Part shown: positions 48,376-58,408 of the stretch, one piece after another | Layout of the letters: each line of letters opens with the position of its first letter | How positions within the stretch are numbered: position 1 is the first letter of the stretch | Notes under the pieces: model-generated | Told to the model about the DNA's origin: nothing | Databases searched by the model: none | What the model saw: only the letters and a program-made list of their open reading frames with translations | From: a virus | Taxonomy: Duplodnaviria; Caudoviricetes | DNA length: 64,000 bases | Strand: one strand, 5' to 3' | Virus record (IMG/VR): IMGVR_UViG_3300046671_000011 | Span: 1-64,000 of that record | Made by a program: the position numbers and the translations under genes

Positions 48376-49821
48376 GTTCTTAGCTTCTTCTCCATCTCCC
48401 AAAACTTATCACGAACAAAATAGTCATCACCACCAGGGAATGCCATTCTATATACATCTAACATCCCAAGCGCATAAAACCGCTTCCTCTCGAAATCAAC
48501 ACTTACAGGTAGAGAAAATGTAAATATATCCATCTCTAGCATCATGTTGTTGATTGTGGTGCATATCTGTTCAGCTACTTGTTGTTTATCCATCTTGTCT
48601 CCTTTATAGTAAATACAGGACAACCCGAAGGCTGTCCCATATACTTATGATTCTCCATTTACCCACTGATCGAGAGTGTTTTCCATCTCTATCAGTTCGC
48701 CCTCTGTCTTTGTTGTCCACATCAAAGTACCAACTAGCATATCTTTGAGTGTATAGAACTCATCAGTTAATACTGAGAGTCGAGCAATGTTGTCGTCGTC
48801 AGACGGGTTGTCTTGCATGAAGACCAATATATCTGCAAGCACCTGCCGCCATTTATCACGAGCGGTTAGCAGTCCTAACATCAAGAACATGATTTGACTC
48901 CTACTTTCGATCCGTCGAATTTTGACCACTCAGAAAACGGTTATATTTCACCGCATCCTGAATGACGATAATAAGCAAAAGGACAACGATTGTGATGACG
49001 GCACAATCAATTGTAGACATTATCCCTCCAGTTCGGGCTGATGAGTTGTTTGATACTCGATACTACGATTGAAGTCCTTGATAGCCCACCGATAGTTGGC
49101 TGTTATATACTTATAGCCAAACGTATTGCGATGTGTGTACGTGATGGTGTTATTTGTCCATGAGCGAAGTGTATAGGTATGCTTACCTAACACTAAGACC
49201 AGATCTGTATATGTGCGATGTGTATATGACATAGCACCTAATGAGATCATTCGATTAATCAAATTGAGGATCATCGCGGATTTTCTCTTTCTCTCTCGAA
49301 CAGTATTGAATATAAATATATATACAACTATCACACTACATCTCTTGCCGCGTTAGCGGTTAATACAGGCTTTCATGTGTGATTGATATTGCATATACGG
49401 GCTATCTATACCAGAGATGTTTCCAGTCTGTTGTATAGTTAAACATTATAACATTCAATCTAATCTCTTCATAGCTGTACTAGGGCTATTCGATTGATCG
49501 AATGTCTCTCAATTATGAACAACTGACCAGGGGCTATCCCCCCTGGGTTGTATATTTATTGTAGGCTTGCCGATATGCTGCCATTGCAGTCGGGCCAGAT
49601 CCATGACAGCTACCGAAAACGGCTTTCCATCCATTGCCGAACTTGAATACTGTGATGTGTATATCCACAATACCTAATCGGGGAATGTTCACGCTCTCAA
49701 TGGTGTCTACTCGCTTGTTAGCTCTTAGATCATCTAAGAAGCTCGTTGTCTGCTTTGTGAGCATAGTTGGGTATCTCCTAAATGATAGATTTGAAATGGA
49801 TGATTCGAGACTCTGGCGCAA
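48354..49821 (-). other. small early-type hypothetical ORFs (48354-48623, 48645-48929, 49020-49334, 49534-49821)
   Basis: Co-oriented ORFs near the strand switch. Confidence 0.5.
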
Positions 49822-49889
49822 TTAGTTGATAGGTTAAATATGTGAATAGTGATCATCCCGAAGGACAATCACCACTCACATACGTGAAC

Positions 49890-50453
49890 TTACAACGAGG
49901 ATACTGCGACGACAGGTGCGCCAACGTCAACGAGTACTGGTTGACCGCCGAATGCGTCTGCCATTCCCGCGAAGGTATCATCACTGACAACGGGCGAAGA
50001 ACCCATGTCATAGATTACACCATCACTGGTCGTCACCTTGCTGAAGCTCATGTGCATCTCGTGATGAACGAAGAGCGGGGCAAGCACCTTGACGATATCA
50101 CCAATGTCTGCGACGACATTCTCGGTGTTGCGTGCGGTGATGTTGCGAATGACCTGGCCAAACATGCCAGACGCCTTGACCAACGCTGCTGAGGCTGCTG
50201 CCGCTTCGATACGCCTGGGAAGAGCGGAACCTACCCACACCTGTGAGTATGCACCACTGACCTGCACATCGGCCTTGCTGCCCGCCTTGAGATTGGTTGC
50301 TGCCCAAGCACCGTCAGGGCCATAGAACGCGGCCTTAACCCACGCCTTGCCATCACCGATTGTGAAGCGCACGTTGGTGACTGTGGACGGGCCGTACTTC
50401 TTGCTAACGATGCTCTTGTTGGCATCTTCAACGAGAACGACTGAGATTTGCAT
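49890..50453 (-). CDS. hypothetical, OB-fold/SSB-like N-terminus, GC-rich
   Basis: RBS GGAG; V..VRF...WVKAAFYG...LKAGSK..V.VSG pattern. Confidence 0.5.
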   Translation of the reverse strand: MQISVVLVEDANKSIVSKKYGPSTVTNVRFTIGDGKAWVKAAFYGPDGAWAATNLKAGSKADVQVSGAYSQVWVGSALPRRIEAAAASAALVKASGMFGQVIRNITARNTENVVADIGDIVKVLAPLFVHHEMHMSFSKVTTSDGVIYDMGSSPVVSDDTFAGMADAFGGQPVLVDVGAPVVAVSSL

Positions 50454-50703
50454 GGTGGAAAACTCCCCATATAAACGAGAGTGCTAAGAGGAAGACCCCC
50501 TGAGTTCACTTCTCGTAGATTGAAACGGAAGCCCCCATCCATGCAAATTCCAAAAGTGAAAATCTAAAAAAGTGGAGGTGTTTCCAAAAATTTGGGAGTG
50601 CTGTTATATAGCGTTGTACACTTTACGAGTAATGTTATTACTAGTACGCTATACTATAGTGTACAGTGTTGCAATCAGGCAGTCATGTTAGGCGAGGAAC
50701 CGA

Positions 50704-50934
50704 ATGGCTGCGACATCACACAAGAACAATTTAACCGGAGCACAACGCCTGGTTATGTTATACATGAAATTACTGACGGGGATACCCATTAACCCGACTA
50801 TATACGCTAAAGAGATGGGTTTACAGCGCGGCAGCATCTACTATCAACTAGATTTACTATCGGGAATGAATATCCCGGTAGTTAATTGCAGTTACGGACA
50901 ATGGACACTTTTGCAGTTTTGTGGAGATAATTAA
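50704..50934 (+). CDS. HTH transcriptional regulator
   Basis: INPTIYAKEMGLQRGSIYYQLDLL...G.W wHTH. Confidence 0.7.
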   Translation: MAATSHKNNLTGAQRLVMLYMKLLTGIPINPTIYAKEMGLQRGSIYYQLDLLSGMNIPVVNCSYGQWTLLQFCGDN

Positions 50935-51149
50935 TGGAAAACACACCGATTCGTATTGAACAGCCGGATCCGCAATGGCTGGTACTCTGGAACTTCTGGA
51001 ATGTTCAGGGTCGCCCTACTCAACTTGAACATGGGAGATACTCTTATCTCGTTCTTAAAGAAAATGATAAGATGGTCTTTGTCCTTACTGGTGGCTCACA
51101 AGGCCCTGGTAATATGTATGACAGTTCGTCATTTCAGAAAATGGGCTAA
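50934..51149 (+). CDS. hypothetical protein
   Basis: 71 aa, coupled to terL. Confidence 0.5.
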   Translation: MENTPIRIEQPDPQWLVLWNFWNVQGRPTQLEHGRYSYLVLKENDKMVFVLTGGSQGPGNMYDSSSFQKMG

Positions 51150-52997
51150 ATGGCTAAGCAGATTATCCAGCCAACAAGGAAAGTTGACCGACTAAATCAG
51201 GCTGACTTTGATATCTTCAAACAGGGTTCAGTAAACGTCAACTTCTTTACAGACTGGTATATGCGTTCACCCTCGTCAGGTACTCGCTTCTCCAGACATA
51301 GTGATAGTGATAATCCCAAGTTAGATGCTATCTGGTTGATGTTGATTGAAGCCTGGACGAAGGAAGGAAAGCCCGGTGATGGTTGGACTCATCAAGGAGT
51401 CCCTTATCGGATATTGGTAGATGAGAATGAAGACCCGATTTTTTGGGTTCATCATGGTTGGCTCTGGCAAGACTGGCAGAAAGACTGCTTTCATGCTCCC
51501 CAACCTGAACAGACAATCATTGGCGGGTTTGGTTGTGGTAAGACTGCTTATATAGCAATGTCTCTTGCAGTTTTGGCAGCGACAATTCCCAACTTTCGAG
51601 GGTATGCAGTTGCTCCTCAGATGCTACAGGCTATGGAAGTCTATCGCTATATCTCGACAGCCTGCGCGGATACTCCCTGGTGGAACCGATGGGTTTGGCG
51701 TAACCCTATGAAACCTATCCCCTTATTCGAGATTAAGAATTCTTATGTAGGAACTTCTACTATAGAGATCCTTAGTATCGAACATGACCCCGAAAAAGTG
51801 CGTACTCTCGAAGGAGATGTAATCTTTCTCGATCAGGCTGAAAAGATTGATGACTTAGATGGTCTTATTCGTGACCTGGGATCGCGTTTGCGCGGTGCTG
51901 TGCATGGAAGGTCTCGACTAGGCCGTTTGTGTCTGATTGCTAACGCTGGCGATAACCCTCAACTATGGTATCGCTATGATATGGGAGAACTTGAACCTAA
52001 TATCTATCTGTCTAAGAACCCAAAAAGCTCGGATAATCCTGCTATTAGTAAGAAAGACCTCGAAAGTCTCTATCGAAGAGTAGGTGGAACTAAGCAAGAT
52101 GCCGAACAGTGGATGAATGGTCAGCGCCCGATGGGTCGGGGTGAACACTTTCCACCAGATATGGTCAGAGCTTGCACAAATGTAGGCTTAGATAACGTCA
52201 TGGATGCTTGGCTTAAGCAAAAAGACGACGAGATTACGGAGTGGGAGACGGTTAAAGAGACTATCAACTATGATATGTCTCCTCTCGATAGTGAGGCTCA
52301 ACAATATCATCGGTTAACTACTCATAGAGTAGGAGTCTACCGATGGGAAATGCCACCTGATCATCGGGCTAAGCGCCAATATATAGTTATTGCTGACCCT
52401 GGACAGGGAAATCCACCTGATCGCAACTCTGCGTGCATAATGGCGTGGGATATCACTGACTTTCCATCAAAACCAGCGACTATGCGGGCTTTTAATTGGG
52501 TCTTTTGCAATGGAAGTTACTGGCCTTTTCTACAAGAGTATGAGAGATATGTAAAACTCTATCATGCTCAGGGTAGAAATGCCTTCGATAGCACTGGAAC
52601 CCAAAAAGGCTTCGATGAACTTGTGTTTGCGACTATGGAGCTACATGCTCAGGGTATGGATATGGCCCAAAACGGTAAATATCTAGCTCTAAATAGTCTT
52701 AAATTCTTTATGGGTAAGTATCTTATGCAATTTCCGTATATCTCTCACCTTGTTAATCAGTTAACCAACTATCGGTTGCCTGATACCAAGATCGCACAGG
52801 ATTTGGTGATGACAATGGCGATGAGTGCGGCTTATATGCGTAGGTTCTACTATGAAGATATCCCTGATGATGAGACTTTAGCAAGAACCAGAGCTACTAC
52901 TCGAACAGTAAATAGATATGAGCGAGATTCGATTGATCGAAATTCCAGAAGTGGTCAACCTGTCATTCGAACAGATAGGAGAGGGATAAAGATATGA
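51150..52997 (+). CDS. terL: terminase large subunit
   Basis: Walker A GGFGCGKT, Walker B region VIFLDQAE, coupling motif IAN, nuclease IADPG and C-terminal D..M; precedes portal. Confidence 0.88.
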   Translation: MAKQIIQPTRKVDRLNQADFDIFKQGSVNVNFFTDWYMRSPSSGTRFSRHSDSDNPKLDAIWLMLIEAWTKEGKPGDGWTHQGVPYRILVDENEDPIFWVHHGWLWQDWQKDCFHAPQPEQTIIGGFGCGKTAYIAMSLAVLAATIPNFRGYAVAPQMLQAMEVYRYISTACADTPWWNRWVWRNPMKPIPLFEIKNSYVGTSTIEILSIEHDPEKVRTLEGDVIFLDQAEKIDDLDGLIRDLGSRLRGAVHGRSRLGRLCLIANAGDNPQLWYRYDMGELEPNIYLSKNPKSSDNPAISKKDLESLYRRVGGTKQDAEQWMNGQRPMGRGEHFPPDMVRACTNVGLDNVMDAWLKQKDDEITEWETVKETINYDMSPLDSEAQQYHRLTTHRVGVYRWEMPPDHRAKRQYIVIADPGQGNPPDRNSACIMAWDITDFPSKPATMRAFNWVFCNGSYWPFLQEYERYVKLYHAQGRNAFDSTGTQKGFDELVFATMELHAQGMDMAQNGKYLALNSLKFFMGKYLMQFPYISHLVNQLTNYRLPDTKIAQDLVMTMAMSAAYMRRFYYEDIPDDETLARTRATTRTVNRYERDSIDRNSRSGQPVIRTDRRGIKI

Positions 52998-53167
52998 TAA
53001 GAAAACTAAAGACTTGGATAAGTAAGCGATTAGTTGCTTATGGATCCTGGTTAATGACTGATCACAAGTGGGCAAGGTTATGCTTCCGGCTTGCTCACTG
53101 GTTAGACAAAGATGTACGGCGGGAAGCTCCAATCGTTAAACAATCACGTTATACAAGGTAGGAAACT

Positions 53168-54823
53168 ATGGCAGGTGACTTTGGTGATCCCCGCTTAGCT
53201 GGATATTTTGATGTCGAGGATAGAAGAGTAGGAACTAGCGGGACAATCCCGTTTGAGAAGGCCGAATTCCCTGCCTCTTTCCCTTTTGCACGCTGGAATT
53301 TCCAGAGCCAGAAGTATCTAACCTATTGGCGATACTTTACAGGGGAGTTTTTAGAAGAAACTATCCCTAATCAGCAGGACGAGGATGGAAATCCTATCCT
53401 TAAGTATCCTTTGCAGATTAACTATATTAAATCTGCGGCGATGAAGCATAACTATGTTCTTTGGGGAGAAGTTCAGGATACACCTGATTGTCTTGCGCCA
53501 GTTCGTGCTCGACCTCGATTAGATGCAGGCCAAGAGCGACCAGAAGATGACGAGGTTCAAAAGGCTAAAGAAGCTGAGAATTTAGTCAATCGTGTCTGGA
53601 TAGAAAACTCAGGCCGTGCGCTTCAGCAAGAATCGGGTCTTCTTCAGCAGTTTCTAGGTGGGATTATTATCCGAGTAGGCTGGCAACCAGATGATGATGA
53701 ATTAGAGTATGGTATTCGACTAGAATATATACTGCCTGATTTCTTCCTACCAGTTTGGGATAATGGTAAGCCTGATAATTTGCTAGAGGCATGGATTGTC
53801 TATCGAATGCCTAGTCGAGAGGCACAAATTAGGTTTGGTTTCGACGGATCGAATGACACTAATGCTCAACCACTCTATATAGAACATTGGACTAAAGAAT
53901 CCATCTCTATTACCCTCGGCGGAAAACCTATCTCTTATAATATCAATGGCGTCGATATTACTTATGATGATATAGATAATCCGTTCGGGTTTGTACCCTT
54001 TGTTTACATCCCTCGTGAGCGGGCAGGTAGCTATTATGGTCTATCCATGATAGATGACCTGATTGGCATGGTTAAGGAGATGAACTCTCGATGGGCTGAT
54101 CTTGGAGATGTTATCCGTGATACTTCTCATCGTGATATCTTTGTCCGCAACGTGCCGGGTAATATCCGAACCCGTGACATTGGTTCCTCTCGATCAGCTA
54201 TTGACTTAGGAACTGCTTCTCCAGGCAGTAGTGATCCTGAAGCCTTTGTGATTGACCCACCTTCTCTTGCTGAAAGTCTAACTACCTATCCTGAAGACTT
54301 ACGTAAACAATTTATGCGCGATGCCTTTATCACAGGAGTTTCTGAAGGTGAAGATGAAGGCTCTCAACGGTCAGCATTAACTCTTGCTTTTCGTATGTGG
54401 CCTTTAACCGCAAAGGTACGGACTATTCGGACAAATTGGGGAGTTGCTCTCACTCGAATAGCAAAGATGATTGTTAAGATGGCAGCAATCAAAGATGTAG
54501 CAGGAATAACGCTTGAACATCTAGAGGATATTGATTGGGAAGTTGATTGGTCGCCAATGGTTCCAAGAGATGCCGAACAAGAGCTTAACGCTGTCGTGAC
54601 AAACGTACAGACTAATCTAATGTCACACGTCACAGCGATTGAAAAACAAAGAACTGTACATGATCCCCTTGACGAATGGGAGAAAATAAAGGATGATATG
54701 AAATGGATGGCATCGCTTGAAGCTTCTAAGACACCTCAGAAGCAAGCTGATGGCACAACCAAAGTATCTCCTGACTTACCAAGTCTCGGACAATCTGGTT
54801 CCCCGACAACGGAAACAGAGTAG
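53168..54823 (+). CDS. portal protein (SPP1-like)
   Basis: 551 aa after terL; Y..Y..G, INY, NPFGFVPFVYIP, S.IDDL, SAL.L helix. Confidence 0.85.
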   Translation: MAGDFGDPRLAGYFDVEDRRVGTSGTIPFEKAEFPASFPFARWNFQSQKYLTYWRYFTGEFLEETIPNQQDEDGNPILKYPLQINYIKSAAMKHNYVLWGEVQDTPDCLAPVRARPRLDAGQERPEDDEVQKAKEAENLVNRVWIENSGRALQQESGLLQQFLGGIIIRVGWQPDDDELEYGIRLEYILPDFFLPVWDNGKPDNLLEAWIVYRMPSREAQIRFGFDGSNDTNAQPLYIEHWTKESISITLGGKPISYNINGVDITYDDIDNPFGFVPFVYIPRERAGSYYGLSMIDDLIGMVKEMNSRWADLGDVIRDTSHRDIFVRNVPGNIRTRDIGSSRSAIDLGTASPGSSDPEAFVIDPPSLAESLTTYPEDLRKQFMRDAFITGVSEGEDEGSQRSALTLAFRMWPLTAKVRTIRTNWGVALTRIAKMIVKMAAIKDVAGITLEHLEDIDWEVDWSPMVPRDAEQELNAVVTNVQTNLMSHVTAIEKQRTVHDPLDEWEKIKDDMKWMASLEASKTPQKQADGTTKVSPDLPSLGQSGSPTTETE

Positions 54824-54914
54824 GTAATAGAAGGGCGTATAACAGTATTGAACGGTATCTTGGAATAATGATACCGTTAGTTAATTTTATGTAAGTTAGG
54901 AGTATTGTGTAACG

Positions 54915-55628
54915 ATGACAGACGACCTGCAAGATGAAGCCTCGGAAAAAACCGGGAAGAAAACTACCGACACTTCTTCTAGTAACTCGGAAACATCCAT
55001 TGACTATAAGGCCCGCTTTGAAGGGGCCACACGTAAGATTGACAAACTCGTCAAACAAATGGACGCGCTTCAATCTCGTTATGACTTGGCTGTTGAAGAA
55101 CACGAAGGTGAGCTTGCTGACCTGCGTAAGAATAGCAAATCCGAGTCTTCTAGAGTAAAAGAACTTGAACGTGAAGCTGCTAATGCTAAGGCAGATGCAG
55201 AAAAACTTCAGGCTCAATTAACTGGAATAACCGAGAAAGAGACTATTCGGGCTAAGATAAAAGATAAATACCCCGCGCTTGAAAGCGTATTCGATCAGGG
55301 TGACTTGAAAGACAAGTCACTATTCAAAGACGAAACCGAGTATGATGCTTATTTAGACCGTATGGCAAAAATTGCTGGTGCTCAGCAATCCCTCAATGAA
55401 GAAGCGCCTCCACCTGACGAGACTGAAAATCAACTAAAGCGCGTTACGGGTGCGGTTCCTGCTAATCCCCTACGTGCGCGTGAAGGGCAAAAGAAAGCCC
55501 GTTCAGTTTCAGAGATCAATGAAGAATTGTGGAGTATCGACTCTAAAGATAAGAAAAACCAATCAAGGTTGGTTGAGCTATATGCGGAGTTAGATGCTTC
55601 AGGTGCATCCCTAACCGGGGTGAAGTAG
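54915..55628 (+). CDS. capsid scaffolding protein
   Basis: Acidic coiled-coil between portal and capsid. Confidence 0.75.
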   Translation: MTDDLQDEASEKTGKKTTDTSSSNSETSIDYKARFEGATRKIDKLVKQMDALQSRYDLAVEEHEGELADLRKNSKSESSRVKELEREAANAKADAEKLQAQLTGITEKETIRAKIKDKYPALESVFDQGDLKDKSLFKDETEYDAYLDRMAKIAGAQQSLNEEAPPPDETENQLKRVTGAVPANPLRAREGQKKARSVSEINEELWSIDSKDKKNQSRLVELYAELDASGASLTGVK

Positions 55629-55639
55629 GAGCTTAAATC

Positions 55640-57049
55640 ATGGCTGAATTAATAGGTACGCCCTATTCTCAGACACTACCATCAACTTTCGATGTTGCAT
55701 ATCCAGATAATCCCTGGGCTAACATCACCACAAAAGAGCGTCTTTGGTATGATCCTATTCTGCGTGATGTTTATCGTCAACGCGCAGTCTTTGGTCAGTT
55801 TACAATGTTCGCTCAGAACTTAGCTAACCGTAATGCTAAAACGATGCAAATCACGTCATTGTATGATATTCACCCAAACTTCGATCAAATCGGATTGCGT
55901 GATATGTGGATGCCCGCGTCACACGTTGACAGCCGTGCATTGCAGATCACCTTTGGTCGGTATGGTGGTAAGGTTGCTTATCACGCCTATGATGAGATTA
56001 TCAACTATTGGGAATATAATGGCGGTAACTCCAGCGCTCTTCGCCGGATTATCAATGATAAGCTAGGCCAGCATATGATTGACGTGCAGGACTTCCTGTC
56101 ACGTAACGCCTTGCTTGGTGTTCCCCACACTCTCTTTGCTAATGATAAGACCTCGTTTGCTGACCTGAGCCTCGAAGATAAGGCTACGACTTCAGCCTTA
56201 AATGAAATTCACCTCGGTATGAAGTATCGTGGAGTTCCTTATGCTCAGAGCCGTGATGGTTCTGTCGGGAACATTGTCTGTATTACCTCTCCTGGTGTGA
56301 TCTTCGATCTTCAGCAACAGACTGATCCTAAAGATTGGTTAGTTCCGATGGCTTATGCTGATCCTTCACGGCTGCTTAACTATGAAGTGGGTACATACCG
56401 GAATGTTCGCTTTGTCGAAACTCCAAAGATGACTCTCTTCAACTGCGGTGCGATTATCGTTCAGGCTGTTGTGTCTGCCGCGATCAATGCGGGTGATGGT
56501 TCTCCTGATCCTGCAACCACGAAAGTTGATCAGACCTATATGGTTGGTCAGCCTGCATCTACTCACTATGTTCAACTGGCATCAGGCACGTCAGCCGGGG
56601 ATATGGCAAAGTTTAAGGTTAATGATTATGTGACTGTCCACGTCCAGCGCACCAGTGACTTTGGGGTCACGAACGGCGTAGACTATCGAGACGGAAAACT
56701 GCATAACCGCCGTATCGTTGCCGTTGATACTGTGAATAAGCGTCTCTCCTTCGATCAGCCGATTATGATCGATATTGCTACTTTGCTAACGACTGCTACC
56801 TATGCCTATGTGACGAAGGCTGTTCACGTCCACGCAATGATCTTTGTGGGTGGTAGTGATGGTATCGTGATGGGTATCGGACGCCCGCCACGTTTGCACG
56901 CACCTGGGCCTGTTGACGACTTCGATAGTATCTTCCGATTTTCGTGGGATAGCTATCAGGGCTATGGGGTGTATAACCCCGCCGTCCTTGAAGTCCTCTT
57001 TGTGGGTGGTAACTTCCGTATGGTTGGTGCTATGGCGCTGCAAGGATAG
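55640..57049 (+). CDS. major capsid protein (N4-gp56-like HK97 fold with insertion)
   Basis: Position and size; EVG.Y.NVRFVET, DDFD...RFSW motifs. Confidence 0.85.
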   Translation: MAELIGTPYSQTLPSTFDVAYPDNPWANITTKERLWYDPILRDVYRQRAVFGQFTMFAQNLANRNAKTMQITSLYDIHPNFDQIGLRDMWMPASHVDSRALQITFGRYGGKVAYHAYDEIINYWEYNGGNSSALRRIINDKLGQHMIDVQDFLSRNALLGVPHTLFANDKTSFADLSLEDKATTSALNEIHLGMKYRGVPYAQSRDGSVGNIVCITSPGVIFDLQQQTDPKDWLVPMAYADPSRLLNYEVGTYRNVRFVETPKMTLFNCGAIIVQAVVSAAINAGDGSPDPATTKVDQTYMVGQPASTHYVQLASGTSAGDMAKFKVNDYVTVHVQRTSDFGVTNGVDYRDGKLHNRRIVAVDTVNKRLSFDQPIMIDIATLLTTATYAYVTKAVHVHAMIFVGGSDGIVMGIGRPPRLHAPGPVDDFDSIFRFSWDSYQGYGVYNPAVLEVLFVGGNFRMVGAMALQG

Positions 57050-57056
57050 TCTTATG

Positions 57057-57773
57057 ATAAGTTGGGGTGTGCTGAAGTCTTATATCTTAGATGGATTACT
57101 ACAAGTATCTACAACCTCATCGACAACGACTGAGGTGACTGATGATATTGTCTATACCTCAGCACAACTTCTGACTTGGGCTAGATGGGCTTGTTCTGAA
57201 GTTAGTTATCATACAGCACAAGCCGCACAGGAAAGATATCTTGGGGATGGAGTCACTAAAAAGTGGCTTCTTCCGCCATTAATGATTGATGCGATTGAGA
57301 AAACTGCATTAGTTATGTATGACGATGGGAAGACTCAAAACTTTTTGCCACCGTTGAAAGTAAGACCCGATCTGGTGTTTGCAAACGGGCATTCACAGAG
57401 AGCTTACTATGAGTGGCCTATGGGTACTTTGTCTCTTGCCTTTATAGTTCCTAATGGTCAGAGTGTCACTCTTGATTACTTTAAGATATGGACACCGCCA
57501 ACTGACGACAATAGCATTATGGAGTTTCCTCAATGGATGGAAATGCCTTTTGCCTACTTTGTAGCGGCTTATGCAATGGAGCCTGTTGGGGTTCAAGCAA
57601 GTCGTATTCGTCAGTGGAACCGTAAACAAGATTCAGGTAATCCTGAACATAATCCTCTTCATCGTCAGACTGAGCATTTTATCGCTATGGCTAATCGTCT
57701 TCTCAATAAAGCCACTCCACAGGATCGAGATAAGTTCTTTGATCCTGATAGTAAAAGTCTAGGGATACGTTAA
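57057..57773 (+). CDS. head-tail adaptor/connector
   Basis: Follows capsid; likely start MISWG near 57054-57057 rather than track 56913; L..WARWAC and AYFVAAYA helices. Confidence 0.55.
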   Translation: MSWGVLKSYILDGLLQVSTTSSTTTEVTDDIVYTSAQLLTWARWACSEVSYHTAQAAQERYLGDGVTKKWLLPPLMIDAIEKTALVMYDDGKTQNFLPPLKVRPDLVFANGHSQRAYYEWPMGTLSLAFIVPNGQSVTLDYFKIWTPPTDDNSIMEFPQWMEMPFAYFVAAYAMEPVGVQASRIRQWNRKQDSGNPEHNPLHRQTEHFIAMANRLLNKATPQDRDKFFDPDSKSLGIR

Positions 57774-58312
57774 TGGACTCTAGTGTATGTAATCTTCTGA
57801 TAGATACTGTGAATACATATCTAACTGAGATTCTACAGGAGTTTGTAGATGTGACTGATGAGACCAGAGCCGGAACTGTTCGGCCTGGACTTCTGCAAGA
57901 TGACCCGACCAGGTTTCATATAAGTATCCTGACATATAGCAATGACCCTGATCACCAGGATCGATGGCGACATTCAATTGTCAATCACGATCTGAGTACA
58001 GGGAAAAGAAATCCGCCAGCTTATCAATTAGGTGGTGGAAGTATGTGGTTTCGCAGGTTTACGACAGTGCTTGAACAATACTGGAAACCGTCTACAGATA
58101 GACAACGTGGACGGACATTAGGGAATGTGGTACTGTCGAGGGCCGAGCACGCACTTAATCACGCACCAATTAATAATTTGGTGGATAGTTTTGGAGAATA
58201 CGCTGTGCAAATGTATGTAAAGAGTTCGACAGCTACAGATGCAGGCGGACAAGGGCAGTTTATCACCCATAGTAAGATATGGTGGGAAGTATTAACGGCC
58301 CGTGATGATTAG
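57773..58312 (+). CDS. head completion / tail terminator protein
   Basis: Position between adaptor and tail tube. Confidence 0.55.
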   Translation: MDSSVCNLLIDTVNTYLTEILQEFVDVTDETRAGTVRPGLLQDDPTRFHISILTYSNDPDHQDRWRHSIVNHDLSTGKRNPPAYQLGGGSMWFRRFTTVLEQYWKPSTDRQRGRTLGNVVLSRAEHALNHAPINNLVDSFGEYAVQMYVKSSTATDAGGQGQFITHSKIWWEVLTARDD

Positions 58313-58408
58313 TTCCCTCGCATTAGGTTTGTCCACACTTCCCGGTAGGTCTGGACAAGATCAAATTCGACGGATCGAAATAAAGCAATCGAACCGAATA
58401 CGGGGGCA

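Noticed and set aside
1202-50542. Numerous opposite-strand ORFs of 60-120 aa inside long genes (e.g. 1202-1471, 2951-3175, 8007-8345, 11028-11384, 37292-37642, 48037-48348)
   Set aside because: Antisense or out-of-frame shadows of well-supported genes, with no RBS or motifs.
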